64,000 nt of DNA from a virus (IMGVR_UViG_3300021426_000073:48064-112063); one strand, 5' to 3'; shown: positions 30,771 through 42,567, numbered from the stretch's first letter. The notes: generated by a model from the letters alone, not told the origin. Made by a program: numbers and translations.

Positions 30771-31595
30771 TTAATAACAATAATTTTCAGCCTTTTCTTT
30801 TTCAGTAAAAAAATGAATACCGCTAGCACATTGAATATTATATTCACAATTGAAATCGTATATTGTGATTTCATCTCCTACATAATATGATATTTCGTTA
30901 TCAAAGAGTGAATATGCTCTATCTTTTCCGTCTATATTAATTACTTTAGCCTTGTTAGTTCTACATTTAACTCCGTTGATAGAAAAGACTATCGCACCTC
31001 TAGGTATTTCAAGAGTTACCATTACATCATTTTTACACTTCTTATATCCGATTATAGGCTCTGTTAGTATCTTTCCTTTTCTATATTCAATTAAGCTTCC
31101 ATTAGCACCATCTAAAGCAGCACCTGCCAAGTTAGCACTAATCAAGTTGACATTACTTAAATCAGTATCAATCAAACTAGCACAGCTCAAGTTAGCACCA
31201 TCTAAGTCTGCATCATTTAAGTTGGCACGATACAATTCAGCATTACGCAAACTAGCACAACCCAAGTTTGTACTACACAAATTAGTACCAATTAAATAAG
31301 CAAGATTCAAGCTTGCAAAAGCTAAACACGAATTACTTAAATCTGCACCACTTAAGTCAGCAAAATCTAAATTAGCACATCTCAAGTCAACACCTCTTAA
31401 ATCAACAAAGCTCAAGTCAGCATGGCTTAAATCGGCACATATTGCTTCCTGTTTATCGTCATCATTAGTTAACCAATTTTCATGACTTATAAGTATTTGT
31501 TCTAAAGTTTTCCCATTAATAATAACATCTTCTGTATTTCTCATATCACACCTCTCAACTAATAACTTTTCATAAAGCTTACTCTTTTTAAGCAT
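30771..31595 (-). CDS. Pentapeptide-repeat protein
   Basis: A(D/N)Lxx repeats; C-terminal KCRT.KAKV...CASGIHFF domain. Confidence 0.9.
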   Translation of the reverse strand: MLKKSKLYEKLLVERCDMRNTEDVIINGKTLEQILISHENWLTNDDDKQEAICADLSHADLSFVDLRGVDLRCANLDFADLSGADLSNSCLAFASLNLAYLIGTNLCSTNLGCASLRNAELYRANLNDADLDGANLSCASLIDTDLSNVNLISANLAGAALDGANGSLIEYRKGKILTEPIIGYKKCKNDVMVTLEIPRGAIVFSINGVKCRTNKAKVINIDGKDRAYSLFDNEISYYVGDEITIYDFNCEYNIQCASGIHFFTEKEKAENYCY

Positions 31596-33586
31596 TCAGG
31601 ACTTCCACATCCGATGTAGTATCAAACCATTTTATTTTATTAGTTTCTAAATTTACACATCTAACATTATTTATTTCTTTATTGCCTAATCCTAATATTC
31701 TATATCTTTGACCATCGCAATAAAAAATATCGTTAACCATTAACCACCCAACTTCTGTTGGTCTAAATTTATTATCCATTTAATTACTCTCCTTTTTCTA
31801 TTGATTGACCTATGACCTTTTGCTCCCAATCAATCTGTTGCTCGACTTCCACATATATCAACACGAACAATTCCCCTTGTATATTTAGTTGCAATTATAC
31901 CTTTCTAATAACCCATTTTTGGGTTGTCTGAAAATCTTAATATTTCCCTAATTTCCACCAATGTACGTTCATCTGTCAAATGTGATTTACTGTTATCTAC
32001 TAATGTTTCACCTATTCTTAATATTGCACTATGCTGTCTTATACATAATCTTCTTAATGTTTCTATGTCGTCACATTCTTCTATCTCTATTCTATTCATA
32101 TTTTATTCTCCTAAATGCTTATTCATAAAATCTGCCAATGGTTATTGTTCTTTTAAAAAGATTTATATATAAATATGTTTCGTCTCCCCAATGAGATAAA
32201 CAAATTCCAAAACTCCATTGTTCTTCCCAAAGTTTCTCTATCTTTACACCAAACTTAACTAATTTTCCTTCACTCATAACTCGCTCCTATCAATTATTGT
32301 TCCTGTTATTGATGACAATGCTAAAGAATTATTTATTCTTATCGGATTATCAAACCATATCGATGGTATTCCATATTCTTTAGGAATGTCCAAATTAAAA
32401 TTCATGTTGCATTTGTATGTATAAAACACATCGCAGCATTGCCCATCTTTGGTAATCTTATACCACTCACCACTATTCCACTCTTGGGCAAGTATTAAAA
32501 TATTGTTGTAATCATTCTTTCCCCAAAAGCCATTATAAACACCGTTAGATAAAAACATTATTCTATTAAAGTATTTACTGCTATCATATGGCTTTGCATT
32601 TTCTATCAATTCTTTAAGTGCTTTCTTCATATCTTATATCCTCTGATAAATGTTTGTTAATAATATCCTCTGCTCTTTCCATTCCTTCGCCAAAATAGTT
32701 TTTTGGCAACGGATAATCTCCATCGATATAGTAATGATCGAATTTTAAAACATCATTTTTATATTCGTTATAATCAGCGTGAGCATAACTTTTTTCTTCT
32801 TCAATTTGTTCTTTGATTTTATTCCAAGCCTCAAGATATCTTATAACTTTTTCGTGACATTCAATTTGTTTTCCAAATGATACTGGCTTATATTTACAAT
32901 GATTGCAATCTTCATCAAGGCATTGTGTCACTCCTGTTATCTGAAATTCTAAACATTGTAATTCTATTTTTAATATTTTAATAGCTTCATTTATATCCAT
33001 ATTAATTCCCTTAATTATTCATCTTCCTTTACGAAATCTATAGTGCTCTCTAAAGTTTCTTCGATAATCTTATACAAAGGAATAAATTCAGAAGCATCAA
33101 ATGTTTTCCTATAGCGAAGAATAAATCCGTCCTCGTTTTTCACTTCATCAATAACCTCTAATTCATCGCCCCATTTAGAAAATGAAAAATCGATATCGTA
33201 TTCAATACATGATTCTAAAAACTCTTTTAATGTCATATTATTCTCCTTTAAAGTGTTCTTCTATGTTAAACCACTTGTCATCCATAATGTTGCCTATTAT
33301 TTTTATAGAGCTACCCCATCCGTCTGATTTAACTCTACAATATTTACCTTCTAAATCTTCCCATTTTTCTACGCCGACAACATCCATAATCTTCATCATG
33401 GCAGTTAAACCTTTGTCAGTAGCATCAAATTCTTTAGCATCTAGATATCCATGCCCTATAACATAACCACCAAAGCAACAAAAACTTGCTCCTAGATCTA
33501 ATCCTAAATTAAATGTTAATACTCCATGATCAGCCATACTGATTGAAACATATCTAATTTTTGCATTTATTATTTCAGACATATTC

Positions 33587-34096
33587 TCACCTCACTATCA
33601 TTCTTCCACACCACGGACAAAACTTGTTACTTGCAAATAATATGTGTTCGCAATTAGAACAATGAGGTGTATCAAAATCATCATAACAAATATTAGTCGT
33701 TTCATTTGTATGTGGTGCGTCCCACCATTCTTTATCAAATGTACCGAACGGTGTTACAACTTTCGTGTTGTTATAATTATTAAAATGTTCAGTTGTATTA
33801 AATGTATTTAACACTACTTCGCCGTTGGTTAATGGTCTGCTTACACTTGCTGTATCGTTAATACTTATTTCAGAATCAGTAGTAAGAGTATACTCTCCGT
33901 CTTCATCACCAAACAGCCAATCAGTTGTTATATTTAATGCTTTTGTAATATTTCTTATTGTTCTAATACTAGGATTTACCTCGCCAGTTAATGCTCTGCT
34001 TAATGTACTTTCATTAACACCAGATAACTCAGCCAAGTCTTTTTGAGTGATATTTTTTTCTTTAAGTATGCTGATTAATTTTTCTCTCCAGTTCAT
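33587..34096 (-). CDS. XRE HTH fused to C-terminal Zn ribbon
   Basis: ITQKDLAELSGVNESTLSR; CSNC...FCPWCG. Confidence 0.75.
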   Translation of the reverse strand: MNWREKLISILKEKNITQKDLAELSGVNESTLSRALTGEVNPSIRTIRNITKALNITTDWLFGDEDGEYTLTTDSEISINDTASVSRPLTNGEVVLNTFNTTEHFNNYNNTKVVTPFGTFDKEWWDAPHTNETTNICYDDFDTPHCSNCEHILFASNKFCPWCGRMIVR

Positions 34097-34693
34097 AGCT
34101 TACTCCTTGATTCTTTTAACATAAGGACAATAGTCCTCTTCCTCCAGCGTATATCCATATCTACGCCAGATTTCTTTTTTATCTTCATACTCTAGCGGAC
34201 ACATATTCAAATCTGTGTTCATGTACATAACCTCAAAAGCTATGCAAAAGAACCTCTTACGTCCATCTTTGTCTATGTATGCTTGTTTATTACCGCAACC
34301 TTTGCAGCGATCACGTTTAGATATTTTATTCTTTTTGCCCATCTTCAAACCCTATATATACTGTAGCCTCATATTCATCTGGAAAATAAAAGTCGTTATC
34401 GTTATACTGTGTTACCGTCATATTTTTTTCTATGTATTCTGCAAATTTTTTAGCCAATTCTCTTTTTACTTCTTTTAATAATATGACTTTGTTTGTTTCA
34501 TTCTTTTTTAAAACTTGATGTGGATAAATGTTACCAAAGGTATATTTGAAAGTTTTTCTTTCACATCTAATTTCTGTTATAGGAAATTTCTGTATAGGAT
34601 TATTTAATTCTTTTAATCTTTGATATTCTTTTTTATACTTCTTTGCCTTCTGCCTTGCGTTCATAAAAAACACTCCTCTTATTCCTTTTTTAA

Positions 34694-35488
34694 TTACCAG
34701 TTACAATAAACATCTATCGTACCATAAGCACAACCACAATCGTATACTTTAGCTGGACCGAGACTAATCATAAGTGTAGCTCCTCTTGGATAAAAACTTG
34801 GATTAGCAGCCACGCATATGTAACCGTCTTTATCTCTAACAGTTCCATCTTTCGCAACGTGTCTTCCAGATATTTTTAATCCACCGCCAGCTAATACTTT
34901 TTGACTGTAATATGTTTCTCTGTGTCCGTTGTAATATACAACTCCTTTACTCTTTGTTAATTTGTTAGAAGAAACATTATAGTGTTCGTTGTAACTAAGT
35001 AATACACCATTGAAACTCTTTTTCTTAATGTTGTTTATTTTCTTTTTAAGAGTCCTAATTGATTTTCTTAGTTTCTTCTTTTTACTTGTACATTTATTAA
35101 GTTTTTTCTTATAACCTTGAATTTCTTTTAAGGCTTCTTTTTTGTGGCTGATTAGAAAAGACTTGTAACTATTCAAGCTTGTTGAATATGCTACATCTAA
35201 AACATATCCAGATTCTATTTGCTTTTTTATACTTTCAAAAAATGTGATATCGTCTTCAATGTTTTTTATATAAATCCTATCTTTCTTAATTAGACCACTA
35301 ATACTTTTAATATCCGAATTAATCTTCGAAAGAGATTTTTCTTTACCAGATAATTCTTTTTGAAGTTTATCTAATTGAGTTTCAGCATTAACTGAAGTTG
35401 TAAAACAAAATCCAAAAACAAGGGATAGTAAAAGTATTATTTTTTTAATACTCATATAACACCATGCTGAAATAAATAAGTTCCACAA
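34694..35488 (-). CDS. Secreted coiled-coil protein with possible 3D-like cell-wall-acting domain
   Basis: Signal peptide, coiled coil, ETYY...YICVAA...VYDCG..GTIDVY C-terminus. Confidence 0.55.
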   Translation of the reverse strand: MWNLFISAWCYMSIKKIILLLSLVFGFCFTTSVNAETQLDKLQKELSGKEKSLSKINSDIKSISGLIKKDRIYIKNIEDDITFFESIKKQIESGYVLDVAYSTSLNSYKSFLISHKKEALKEIQGYKKKLNKCTSKKKKLRKSIRTLKKKINNIKKKSFNGVLLSYNEHYNVSSNKLTKSKGVVYYNGHRETYYSQKVLAGGGLKISGRHVAKDGTVRDKDGYICVAANPSFYPRGATLMISLGPAKVYDCGCAYGTIDVYCNW

Positions 35489-35698
35489 AATTTATGGACA
35501 TTTAGAAAAATATACAACTAGCCAACTCTAAACCATCATCTTTAAACGAATACTAATCGTCTGTAAAAGTATTTTTAAAGATGCTTAAGTATTTACTCCA
35601 GTCCTTTCTTTTTGTTTTTTGTAAACTCTTGCAAGTTGGTTGTATATATAAGTGGTAACTTGCAAGGTTGTTTACAATATAAGGAATAAGAGAAGCAT

Positions 35699-36313
35699 CT
35701 ATTCACCTCTGATTTTTTTTACATATGGTAAATCTAGAAGAATGCCACAAAACTCTCTCCATTCAAAAAGTTTATGATTACTTCTTTGGTTTATAATGTT
35801 CATTACGTTTTCGTAATTCATACTAACTGTAGCTTTAAGGTTATAACCTTGAGGAAGCAACTCTAACATAGCTCTCCAATATTTCTTTTCTTTGGTTTCA
35901 TTAAATAAAACTCTTAATCTTTCTAACTCTTCTAACACTATGTTGAACACTTCTTCAGTACGTCCACCACATTCATCTATGCCCTCGTGTGAAAAGTCAT
36001 CCTTTTCAAAAGACTTAACGTGTATTCTATGCATCTTAGAACATGAGTTTCTAGTAACTCCAATCTTGTATGTGTCGAACTCGCCCCAAAATATATGATG
36101 TGATGTTATATCCATACTTACAAATATCTGCCTTAAATACTTTCGATGTTCATTTCCAGCTTTGTATAATCTTTTTGCTAAATCTAAATCGGCTTCACCT
36201 AATATATCATTGTCCAAATCGCTATCTGATTTATTCCAACTATTCATAGCATTTCTAGCCGAATACACCGCTCTTGTTATGTTGTATACATTTATATTCT
36301 CGACTTTAATCAT
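35699..36313 (-). CDS. ThyX-like (FAD-dependent thymidylate synthase-related) protein
   Basis: G.EHRKYLRQI, EFDTY, S.S.MH, LLPQ.Y, NYE....QR..HKL.EW pattern. Confidence 0.55.
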   Translation of the reverse strand: MIKVENINVYNITRAVYSARNAMNSWNKSDSDLDNDILGEADLDLAKRLYKAGNEHRKYLRQIFVSMDITSHHIFWGEFDTYKIGVTRNSCSKMHRIHVKSFEKDDFSHEGIDECGGRTEEVFNIVLEELERLRVLFNETKEKKYWRAMLELLPQGYNLKATVSMNYENVMNIINQRSNHKLFEWREFCGILLDLPYVKKIRGE

Positions 36314-37925
36314 TATTCATATCCTCTAATTCTTTTATTTGTTTTGATACCTGAATAATTTCATTCCAGATATGTTGTTTCTTTTCCATAAAATTTGAAT
36401 ATGATGGTTCTATTCTTACTAACACTCCGTGTTCATCAAGAAACCAATATCTATCTATTTGGAAATTATTATTTTTAAAATCACTTACTAAGGTTTGCAA
36501 CTGTGATTTTAAAGCTTGCAATTTTATAGTATGATTTTTGTCTAGTCTCATATTCATCGAATAACCTCTATATCTTCTAGCCATTTGTCAAACACTTGTT
36601 TGATAAAATATTTATCATCGTTATCGCACATTGCTTCAGTATCAGCAACCCATTTATCGTTTTCATCTTTAATTATCTGTAATTCTCCCCAGCCTATATT
36701 ACTATTCCAAGTAAAGCACATATTGTCTTCATCTACATAACTTAATGTTACATCAAATATATCAACCATTGATTATTTCTCCTTAAACTGCTTTTTTATA
36801 ATATAGCACAATGTATGAATTATGTCTAGCAGGCAAGTGAAACTTTTTTATTTTTTTAACGCTGCAATACCCATAAAATCAAATTCTGCTTCATGTATCA
36901 TACTTCCAACCAAATCAGGAAAACGTTTTTCAAAAATAATCATAGCTTCCTCTTTGGAACGTGCATATGTAATTGCTACATTCTCTTCGTCTATTAGTAC
37001 AAATAACTTTTTATTAAATCTCATTACTTATTCTCCTTTTCTACTTTGGAAAGTATTTTTTCGCGATCTGGTAACTCAGCCCATAGTACTACATTTATAA
37101 CTTCGTAATGTCCATACTCACTATCGTACTTGTACCAACCACTCCTTTTTGAATTATAAAAATCATAATTGTCGACTTTATATAAGTTTTTTGCGAAATT
37201 TAAAATATCATAATATGTTCCAAACCTACTCTTTGTTATAACAAAATATGTTCCGTTTTTTCTTGGCTTATCTTTATGCCATATAATTTTACTTTCAATC
37301 ATAATCTAATCCTTTTTCAATACATATCTTCGCTTTTGAATTGCACTAACTGAACGTTCTAATTTACTTGCTAGTTCTCTGTCGGGAATACTATGAGCTA
37401 AAATCAGCTCGTCTTCTTTTGATGTGTATGGCTTAGGCGGATATTCACCGCTTCCAGTTCTTTTGGCATATCTCCTTTTTGCCGCATTCCTTACTTCTCT
37501 CCACTTATTTACGTCTTTATAGTTGTTTGTTCTAAAACTCAATATATAGTCACCTCTTTCATTTCTGCTCCACAAACTTCACAATAATTACTTTTAGTAT
37601 CGTGATATGATTTGCAATGAATGCATTGATATTTCAATTCACCATCAACATCATCAATCATCCACTTGCTATAAATAATTGGTGCTACTCTAGGCTTTTT
37701 TATTTTAGTTTCAATTTCATTTGCTATAAATTGTTTGCCTTTAATACCAACATCTATGTTTTTTCTTTTGAGTAAGTTGACTATGTACTCAACTGCATCT
37801 GCTTCGTTAATCAAAATCTTCATCTCCTTCATAACCACTACACTCAGACTTGTGAGGACAAAACTCACAAAACTGATCTTCATAATCTCCTGTACGATAG
37901 CAGTAATCATACATATCTTCGCCAT
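36306..37925 (-). other. Small hypothetical genes
   Basis: 36306-36584, 36554-36769, 37024-37302, 37306-37575, 37539-37925. Confidence 0.6.
36800..36830 (-). promoter_or_regulatory. Sigma-A promoter with -35 inside 15-bp motif
   Basis: TAGACA (36828-36823), 17 bp, TATATT (36805-36800) preceded by TG. Confidence 0.65.
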
Positions 37926-37968
37926 CGTTTAATAAAGGTTCTCTATAATCATTCATAATAATTCTCCT

Positions 37969-38601
37969 TTATAACCAACGTATTATTGGTTCACCTTCAA
38001 ATCCTTTTTCCCAGACAAACCAACAATAACAAACTGCTGAACTTTCAGTGCCAAAAATACCATTCTTCCCACACATAACTCTTTCAGAAAATACATATAC
38101 AACTTTAGGTGGATATTCTTCGAATAGAGGTCTTCTAGATTTACTTTCTAAGAATTGAATTTTTAATAACATAGCCACTTTAGTTCCTTTGTTTGATATA
38201 TCCAAAGCGTGTTTAACAAAATCCTTTGCCATTGAATATGGTGAATTTGTAATGATGTCTCTATCATTATCTTTAGTAACTAAAAAATCTAATTCTTCAG
38301 TGTCAATATATCCTCTATCTACAATATCAGAACATCTAACATCGTATCCATATTCTTTTAATACCTCAGCCATGTCACCCCCACCGACTGAACATTCCCA
38401 AACATTGTGATTAAACTTCTCAACATCTAGCAATGCTCTAGTTGCTTTAGGTGGTGTGCAATAGTAGTCATTACTAGCTCTTTCACCTTTCGAATGACTA
38501 CTTGCACCTAGTATGGCATAGCTTGAAATCTTATTACCGTTCCAATCTTTATTTTCCGCTACTGCCAAAACCTTTATCTCCTCTCTCTGTGTTGCTATCA
38601 A
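37969..38601 (-). CDS. Amino (N6-A/N4-C) DNA methyltransferase
   Basis: DYYCTP, VWECSVGGG SAM motif, DIVDRG, DFL, IITNSPY, YCWFVW. Confidence 0.8.
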   Translation of the reverse strand: MIATQREEIKVLAVAENKDWNGNKISSYAILGASSHSKGERASNDYYCTPPKATRALLDVEKFNHNVWECSVGGGDMAEVLKEYGYDVRCSDIVDRGYIDTEELDFLVTKDNDRDIITNSPYSMAKDFVKHALDISNKGTKVAMLLKIQFLESKSRRPLFEEYPPKVVYVFSERVMCGKNGIFGTESSAVCYCWFVWEKGFEGEPIIRWL

Positions 38602-38962
38602 TCTTATCTACAACCTCAACCATTTCATAAAGTACTGGCATAACAACTAATTGTGTAATTTTATCTCCAGCACTAACGTAATATTCATCACTTGAGTGGT
38701 TGTATAACTTAACCTTGATTGAACCTGTATAACCCTCGTCAATAAGTCCTGTAGATGTAATGCCATAATTGACATTTAATCCACTCTTGCTCATTAACAC
38801 ACCACAAGTTCCTTTAGGTAGTTCAACATGAACTCCAGTATCAAATACTGCTGAACCTTTAGGTGGTATCATTCCACCTTTAGCTGCTTTTAAATCAATT
38901 CCTGCATCTGTTCTATGTGCTCTTTCAATTTTGTGTGCTCCGTTATCGTATTTTACTTTCAT
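38549..38962 (-). CDS. dut: dUTPase
   Basis: AGIDL, SKSG, GLIDEGYTG, GDKITQL, RGDKGFGSSG. Confidence 0.95.
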   Translation of the reverse strand: MKVKYDNGAHKIERAHRTDAGIDLKAAKGGMIPPKGSAVFDTGVHVELPKGTCGVLMSKSGLNVNYGITSTGLIDEGYTGSIKVKLYNHSSDEYYVSAGDKITQLVVMPVLYEMVEVVDKIDSNTERGDKGFGSSGK

Positions 38963-39076
38963 TTGTTATATCCTTTCTCGCAACGTGAATTGTGTCTAGT
39001 TGCTATTTTATATTTAAAGGTGATAAAATATTCACCTTTGTATCTAAACCATGTTTAAAGTGCTAAAGAATGTGTC

Positions 39077-39409
39077 CTAGCCCCATCTGCCTGTAGATTC
39101 TCTTAAGCCAGTTGTTTCTGAAGCTTCACTCATTGCAACAATAATTGTTTCTAATGCCTCGTTAAATAATCTTTTAAGCTTGTATGTCACCTCATCTTCA
39201 AGTCCATATTCTCTGCTAGTATCTTCTAACGCCATTTGGTATGCCATTTCTGATGTTGTGAAAATATCCATCAGTTTAGTTAACCCAATATTAACCTTTG
39301 CGTTTTTAATATGCTTTTGCAATTCACTATCAAGCTTAATTAATTCTTCACTAGATAATTGATTTAAATCAGTTTCGTTGATTGCATTTACTAATTGTGT
39401 TAATTTCAT
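39077..39409 (-). CDS. Hypothetical protein
   Basis: RBS; helical ORF. Confidence 0.6.
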   Translation of the reverse strand: MKLTQLVNAINETDLNQLSSEELIKLDSELQKHIKNAKVNIGLTKLMDIFTTSEMAYQMALEDTSREYGLEDEVTYKLKRLFNEALETIIVAMSEASETTGLRESTGRWG

Positions 39410-39421
39410 TTTTAATCTCCT

Positions 39422-40252
39422 TTACATTCCTAATAAATCTTTGTATTTATTAAACTTATCATTAAGTTTTACATATCTTCTGTCTTTGCACTTAACCTCG
39501 TATGGTATGCACATCTCCATAAGTCTTGAATAAATTCTTTGCTTGTCTATTGATTTAGGATGCTTTAAATCATCTCCAGTTAAATTTGTTGTAATTATCA
39601 AAGGCTTTCTGTTTCTGTATCTAGCATCGATAATTGAAAATACTAGCTCGTTCATGTACTCAGTATTTCTTTCAGTTGCCAAATCATCAATAACCACCAA
39701 GTCAAAGTTATTTAAGTTATCTAATACTTCTTGTTTGTTGTGAAAGTTATCAGATAGTGTATTGGTTAATCTAGCAAAGTTAGTAATTGTAGCACTAATG
39801 CCTTTATCAATTAAAGCATTAACTATGCAAGCAGATATATAACTTTTACCACCACCAACAGATCCAAACAGTAATAAACCCTGACCATCTTTTTTTGCTT
39901 CATCAAAATGCTCAACATAATTTTTAGCTATATTTGTTAATTTTTCATTAGACTTATCATCGTTTTCAAATGTCCAGTCTTTCATTTCAGATTCAGCAAA
40001 GCCTACACTTCTCATATCTCTAATTCTTTTTTGCTCGTCTTTAATTCTAACTTCTTCATCGTATTTATCTCTTTCGATAGTTTTACATTTGCATAACATC
40101 ATGACTTTTGTTGTCATACCACCAACAGTTATAACTCTCTGTTTAGGAGTATTGCATTTACCACAATACCAAATATCATCTTTGAGATAATCGCATTCTT
40201 CAACTTTTATGTTAGAATTATTAGCAATGTTATTCATTAATCCTTCAACCAT
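39422..40252 (-). CDS. DnaC/IstB-like helicase loader ATPase
   Basis: CGKC/CKC Zn site, GSVGGGKS, VIDDL, IITTNL, RIYSRL. Confidence 0.9.
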   Translation of the reverse strand: MVEGLMNNIANNSNIKVEECDYLKDDIWYCGKCNTPKQRVITVGGMTTKVMMLCKCKTIERDKYDEEVRIKDEQKRIRDMRSVGFAESEMKDWTFENDDKSNEKLTNIAKNYVEHFDEAKKDGQGLLLFGSVGGGKSYISACIVNALIDKGISATITNFARLTNTLSDNFHNKQEVLDNLNNFDLVVIDDLATERNTEYMNELVFSIIDARYRNRKPLIITTNLTGDDLKHPKSIDKQRIYSRLMEMCIPYEVKCKDRRYVKLNDKFNKYKDLLGM

Positions 40253-40263
40253 ATTTGAACTCC

Positions 40264-41064
40264 TTAAAAAATATTATCTAAAATTTTTGTATTAGCTTCA
40301 TTGTATCCACTCCAATTACATTGAGTATTTGTTCTGTTTTTATCATTACGTTCCCAAGTTCTTACCGCTGCTTTCCAATCTTTCATTTTATTTTTTCCAA
40401 TCATCCAATCTTTTGATTCATAGAAATCAATAAAGTATTGTGCATCTATTCCATTATTTCTTTCATTGCAATAATTAATAACATCTTCAAGTTTAGGTGG
40501 AATAATATTTCTGATTTTCTTTTTAGATATATCTTTAGATATATCTTTTTCTTTTATATCTATATCTTTATCTATATCTATATTCTTATCTCTATACTCT
40601 ATACTCTTATCTCTATACTCTGTCGGACAATTTGTCCCCTTTTTGTCCACTAGCATGTCTGCTTGATTGTCTTTCAACTTTTTTCTTAAGCGGTATTCTC
40701 TTTTTTTGATAGCATCTTTAGATGCTGATTCGCTACCTATCATCTCGTGATAATTAGACATTTTTAATAATCCGTCTTCTTGTTCATAAATTAAACCTAA
40801 TTTTTTAAAAAGTTCTAATGCTACTATCACTGTATCAATGTCAAAGTATTTTGAATCTCTTGCTATTTTTTTTGCATCATAGGGAATTATCATTTCTCCT
40901 ATTTGAGTTGACATTAACCCACCATTGTTTGCTGTTTTTAAACAAAGCATTTGATATAAAACAATATATTCACAACCATTTTCTTGTGACATTAAAAAAT
41001 CAATTGCTTCTTGATTAAAAAAATCAGTTTTTAATTTAATCCAGTAAAATTTTTTATTATCCAT
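40264..41064 (-). CDS. Phage replisome organiser (replication initiator)
   Basis: KFYWIKLKTDFF N-terminus; PPKLEDV..YC...FIDFYESKDW..GKNKMKDWKAAVRTWE C-terminus. Confidence 0.9.
   Translation of the reverse strand: MDNKKFYWIKLKTDFFNQEAIDFLMSQENGCEYIVLYQMLCLKTANNGGLMSTQIGEMIIPYDAKKIARDSKYFDIDTVIVALELFKKLGLIYEQEDGLLKMSNYHEMIGSESASKDAIKKREYRLRKKLKDNQADMLVDKKGTNCPTEYRDKSIEYRDKNIDIDKDIDIKEKDISKDISKKKIRNIIPPKLEDVINYCNERNNGIDAQYFIDFYESKDWMIGKNKMKDWKAAVRTWERNDKNRTNTQCNWSGYNEANTKILDNIF
40522..40621. repeat. Iteron-like repeats, probable replication origin inside initiator gene
   Basis: TTTAGATATATC x2 (40522, 40534); CTTATCTCTATACTCT x2 (40585, 40606). Confidence 0.6.
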
Positions 41065-41084
41065 TAACCCCTATTTCCTTTCTG

Positions 41085-41384
41085 CTATTCTGTAATTCTT
41101 TTATAGACTGCTACTGTCTTACCTGTATACTGACATCTCTTTTTGCCAATAGGTTCAACAATTCTTTTGTTCATCAACTCGTGCAATCTAGGAGCTGATA
41201 GGTTCCTTTCAGCAGTAGGTGCATAACCTCTTCTGTTCATTTCTACTGCAATTTCTTTAGCTGTCATTTCTTTATCACCTAGGATAGATAAAATCTGTTG
41301 ATATCTTTTTGTTTTATCAACACTTTTTTCAGCATCTGCTCTTGTTTCTAAAGTTACAACTTGTCCAGCTCTTGCGTATTCCAT
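41085..41384 (-). CDS. Winged-helix DNA-binding protein
   Basis: MTAKEIA...APRLHEL...TGKTVAVY. Confidence 0.6.
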   Translation of the reverse strand: MEYARAGQVVTLETRADAEKSVDKTKRYQQILSILGDKEMTAKEIAVEMNRRGYAPTAERNLSAPRLHELMNKRIVEPIGKKRCQYTGKTVAVYKRITE

Positions 41385-41510
41385 TTAATATTACTCCTTT
41401 CGTCTTGCGTGAATTATGTCTAGTTCACATTCTTTGCCATCTAGAATTGATTTTTATTATCTAGATGAATATTTTATTGCTTGAATATTAAAAACGTCTT
41501 AAAACGAAAA

Positions 41511-41804
41511 TTATGAGGTCAAATACGAACGACCATATCTTTGTCTAAAGTCATCTTCTGTTTTACTATAATATTCCATCCATCGTCTTTGAGCTAACTG
41601 TTTTAATTCTAAATCTAACTCATGTCCATTCTTACTATGCACACCCATATTACCTTCATGATGTTCGTAACAAAGATAAACCGTTAATCCATCTTGGTCT
41701 GCAAGTTTTCTATTTGCAGTACCATGCATACAATGGTGAGAGTGTAGGTTGTATGTAGTTTCACACACATAACATTTCTTTTCTGTTTGGATTATACTTT
41801 TCAT
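41511..41804 (-). CDS. HNH-like (Ref/NinG-type) nuclease
   Basis: CYVC...HSHH...NR...GLTVYLCYEHH. Confidence 0.65.
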   Translation of the reverse strand: MKSIIQTEKKCYVCETTYNLHSHHCMHGTANRKLADQDGLTVYLCYEHHEGNMGVHSKNGHELDLELKQLAQRRWMEYYSKTEDDFRQRYGRSYLTS

Positions 41805-42031
41805 ACTTATTCTCCGAACATATCGGCAGTATAAATATAAGTACTATTATCTACATTCAAATGATAGCCTAAAAGTCCACTATCTTTAGGTGGCTTGCCA
41901 TTAGCACTTGATCCGATAGAAAAGATTTCTATTACTTCTGCTTCTTCTCCAGAATGAGAAGCCATTGTTTCATTTACATATACACCATAATCATCGCCTA
42001 CATTTAAGTTTTTTAATTTAATCTTCATAAG

Positions 42032-42532
42032 TTACTCCTTCCATGCTTGCTTGAGTCTCTCTATCTCAATCGGAGTTAGAGTTTCTATGTCTAATTGTTC
42101 TGCTTCTTGTACTATTCCGCTAATAAATATATTCATTTCAGAGGTTGTGTATTCTGAACTTCCTTTGAAAATTTTGTAGTGAGAAAACTCTTTACCATTA
42201 AGTACAGTTTCACCTACTTTTTCGTAGTATTTAAAATAACCTTTTACATCTATTTCGGAAAGTACTGAAACCATTTCAGACTGTCCATAATGCTTAAGCA
42301 TATCTAAATACACTTCTTCTTTGTCTAGTCTTAACACATCTGCAATTTTAGTTATTAAATTCCAAGCATAATTATTAGCATTTCTGCTACGCTTAGGCTT
42401 ATATTCTTTAATTTCAAATTCTTTATCTTTATTGATTTCTAATTGACCAACAAGATATGTTATAAGTTTATTTGCTTTACCTACCATTAAGTTCCTTTCT
42501 TTCTTCATGACCATACCCACCGAAGTGGGCAT
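42032..42532 (-). CDS. NinB-like recombination protein
   Basis: KRSRNANNYAW..I..IA; GSS.Y...EM..FI. Confidence 0.7.
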   Translation of the reverse strand: MPTSVGMVMKKERNLMVGKANKLITYLVGQLEINKDKEFEIKEYKPKRSRNANNYAWNLITKIADVLRLDKEEVYLDMLKHYGQSEMVSVLSEIDVKGYFKYYEKVGETVLNGKEFSHYKIFKGSSEYTTSEMNIFISGIVQEAEQLDIETLTPIEIERLKQAWKE

Positions 42533-42567
42533 AGCCTAGAAGAACATTAAAAATGAATTACGTTACA

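Larger units (their letters stand above)
27472..34673 (-). other. Array of small hypothetical genes
   Basis: Packed co-oriented ORFs with RBS, e.g. 27472-27684, 27681-27884, 27853-28203, 28179-28397, 28399-28701, 29100-29561, 29577-29831, 29834-30109, 30128-30331, 30334-30573, 30557-30760, 31588-31779, 31905-32099, 32274-32630, 32614-33000, 33015-33236, 33238-33582, 34100-34348, 34326-34673. Confidence 0.7.

Noticed and set aside
30771-31595. Short DNA repeats in 31.1-31.45 kb as a non-coding array
   Set aside because: Fully explained by the pentapeptide-repeat coding sequence.
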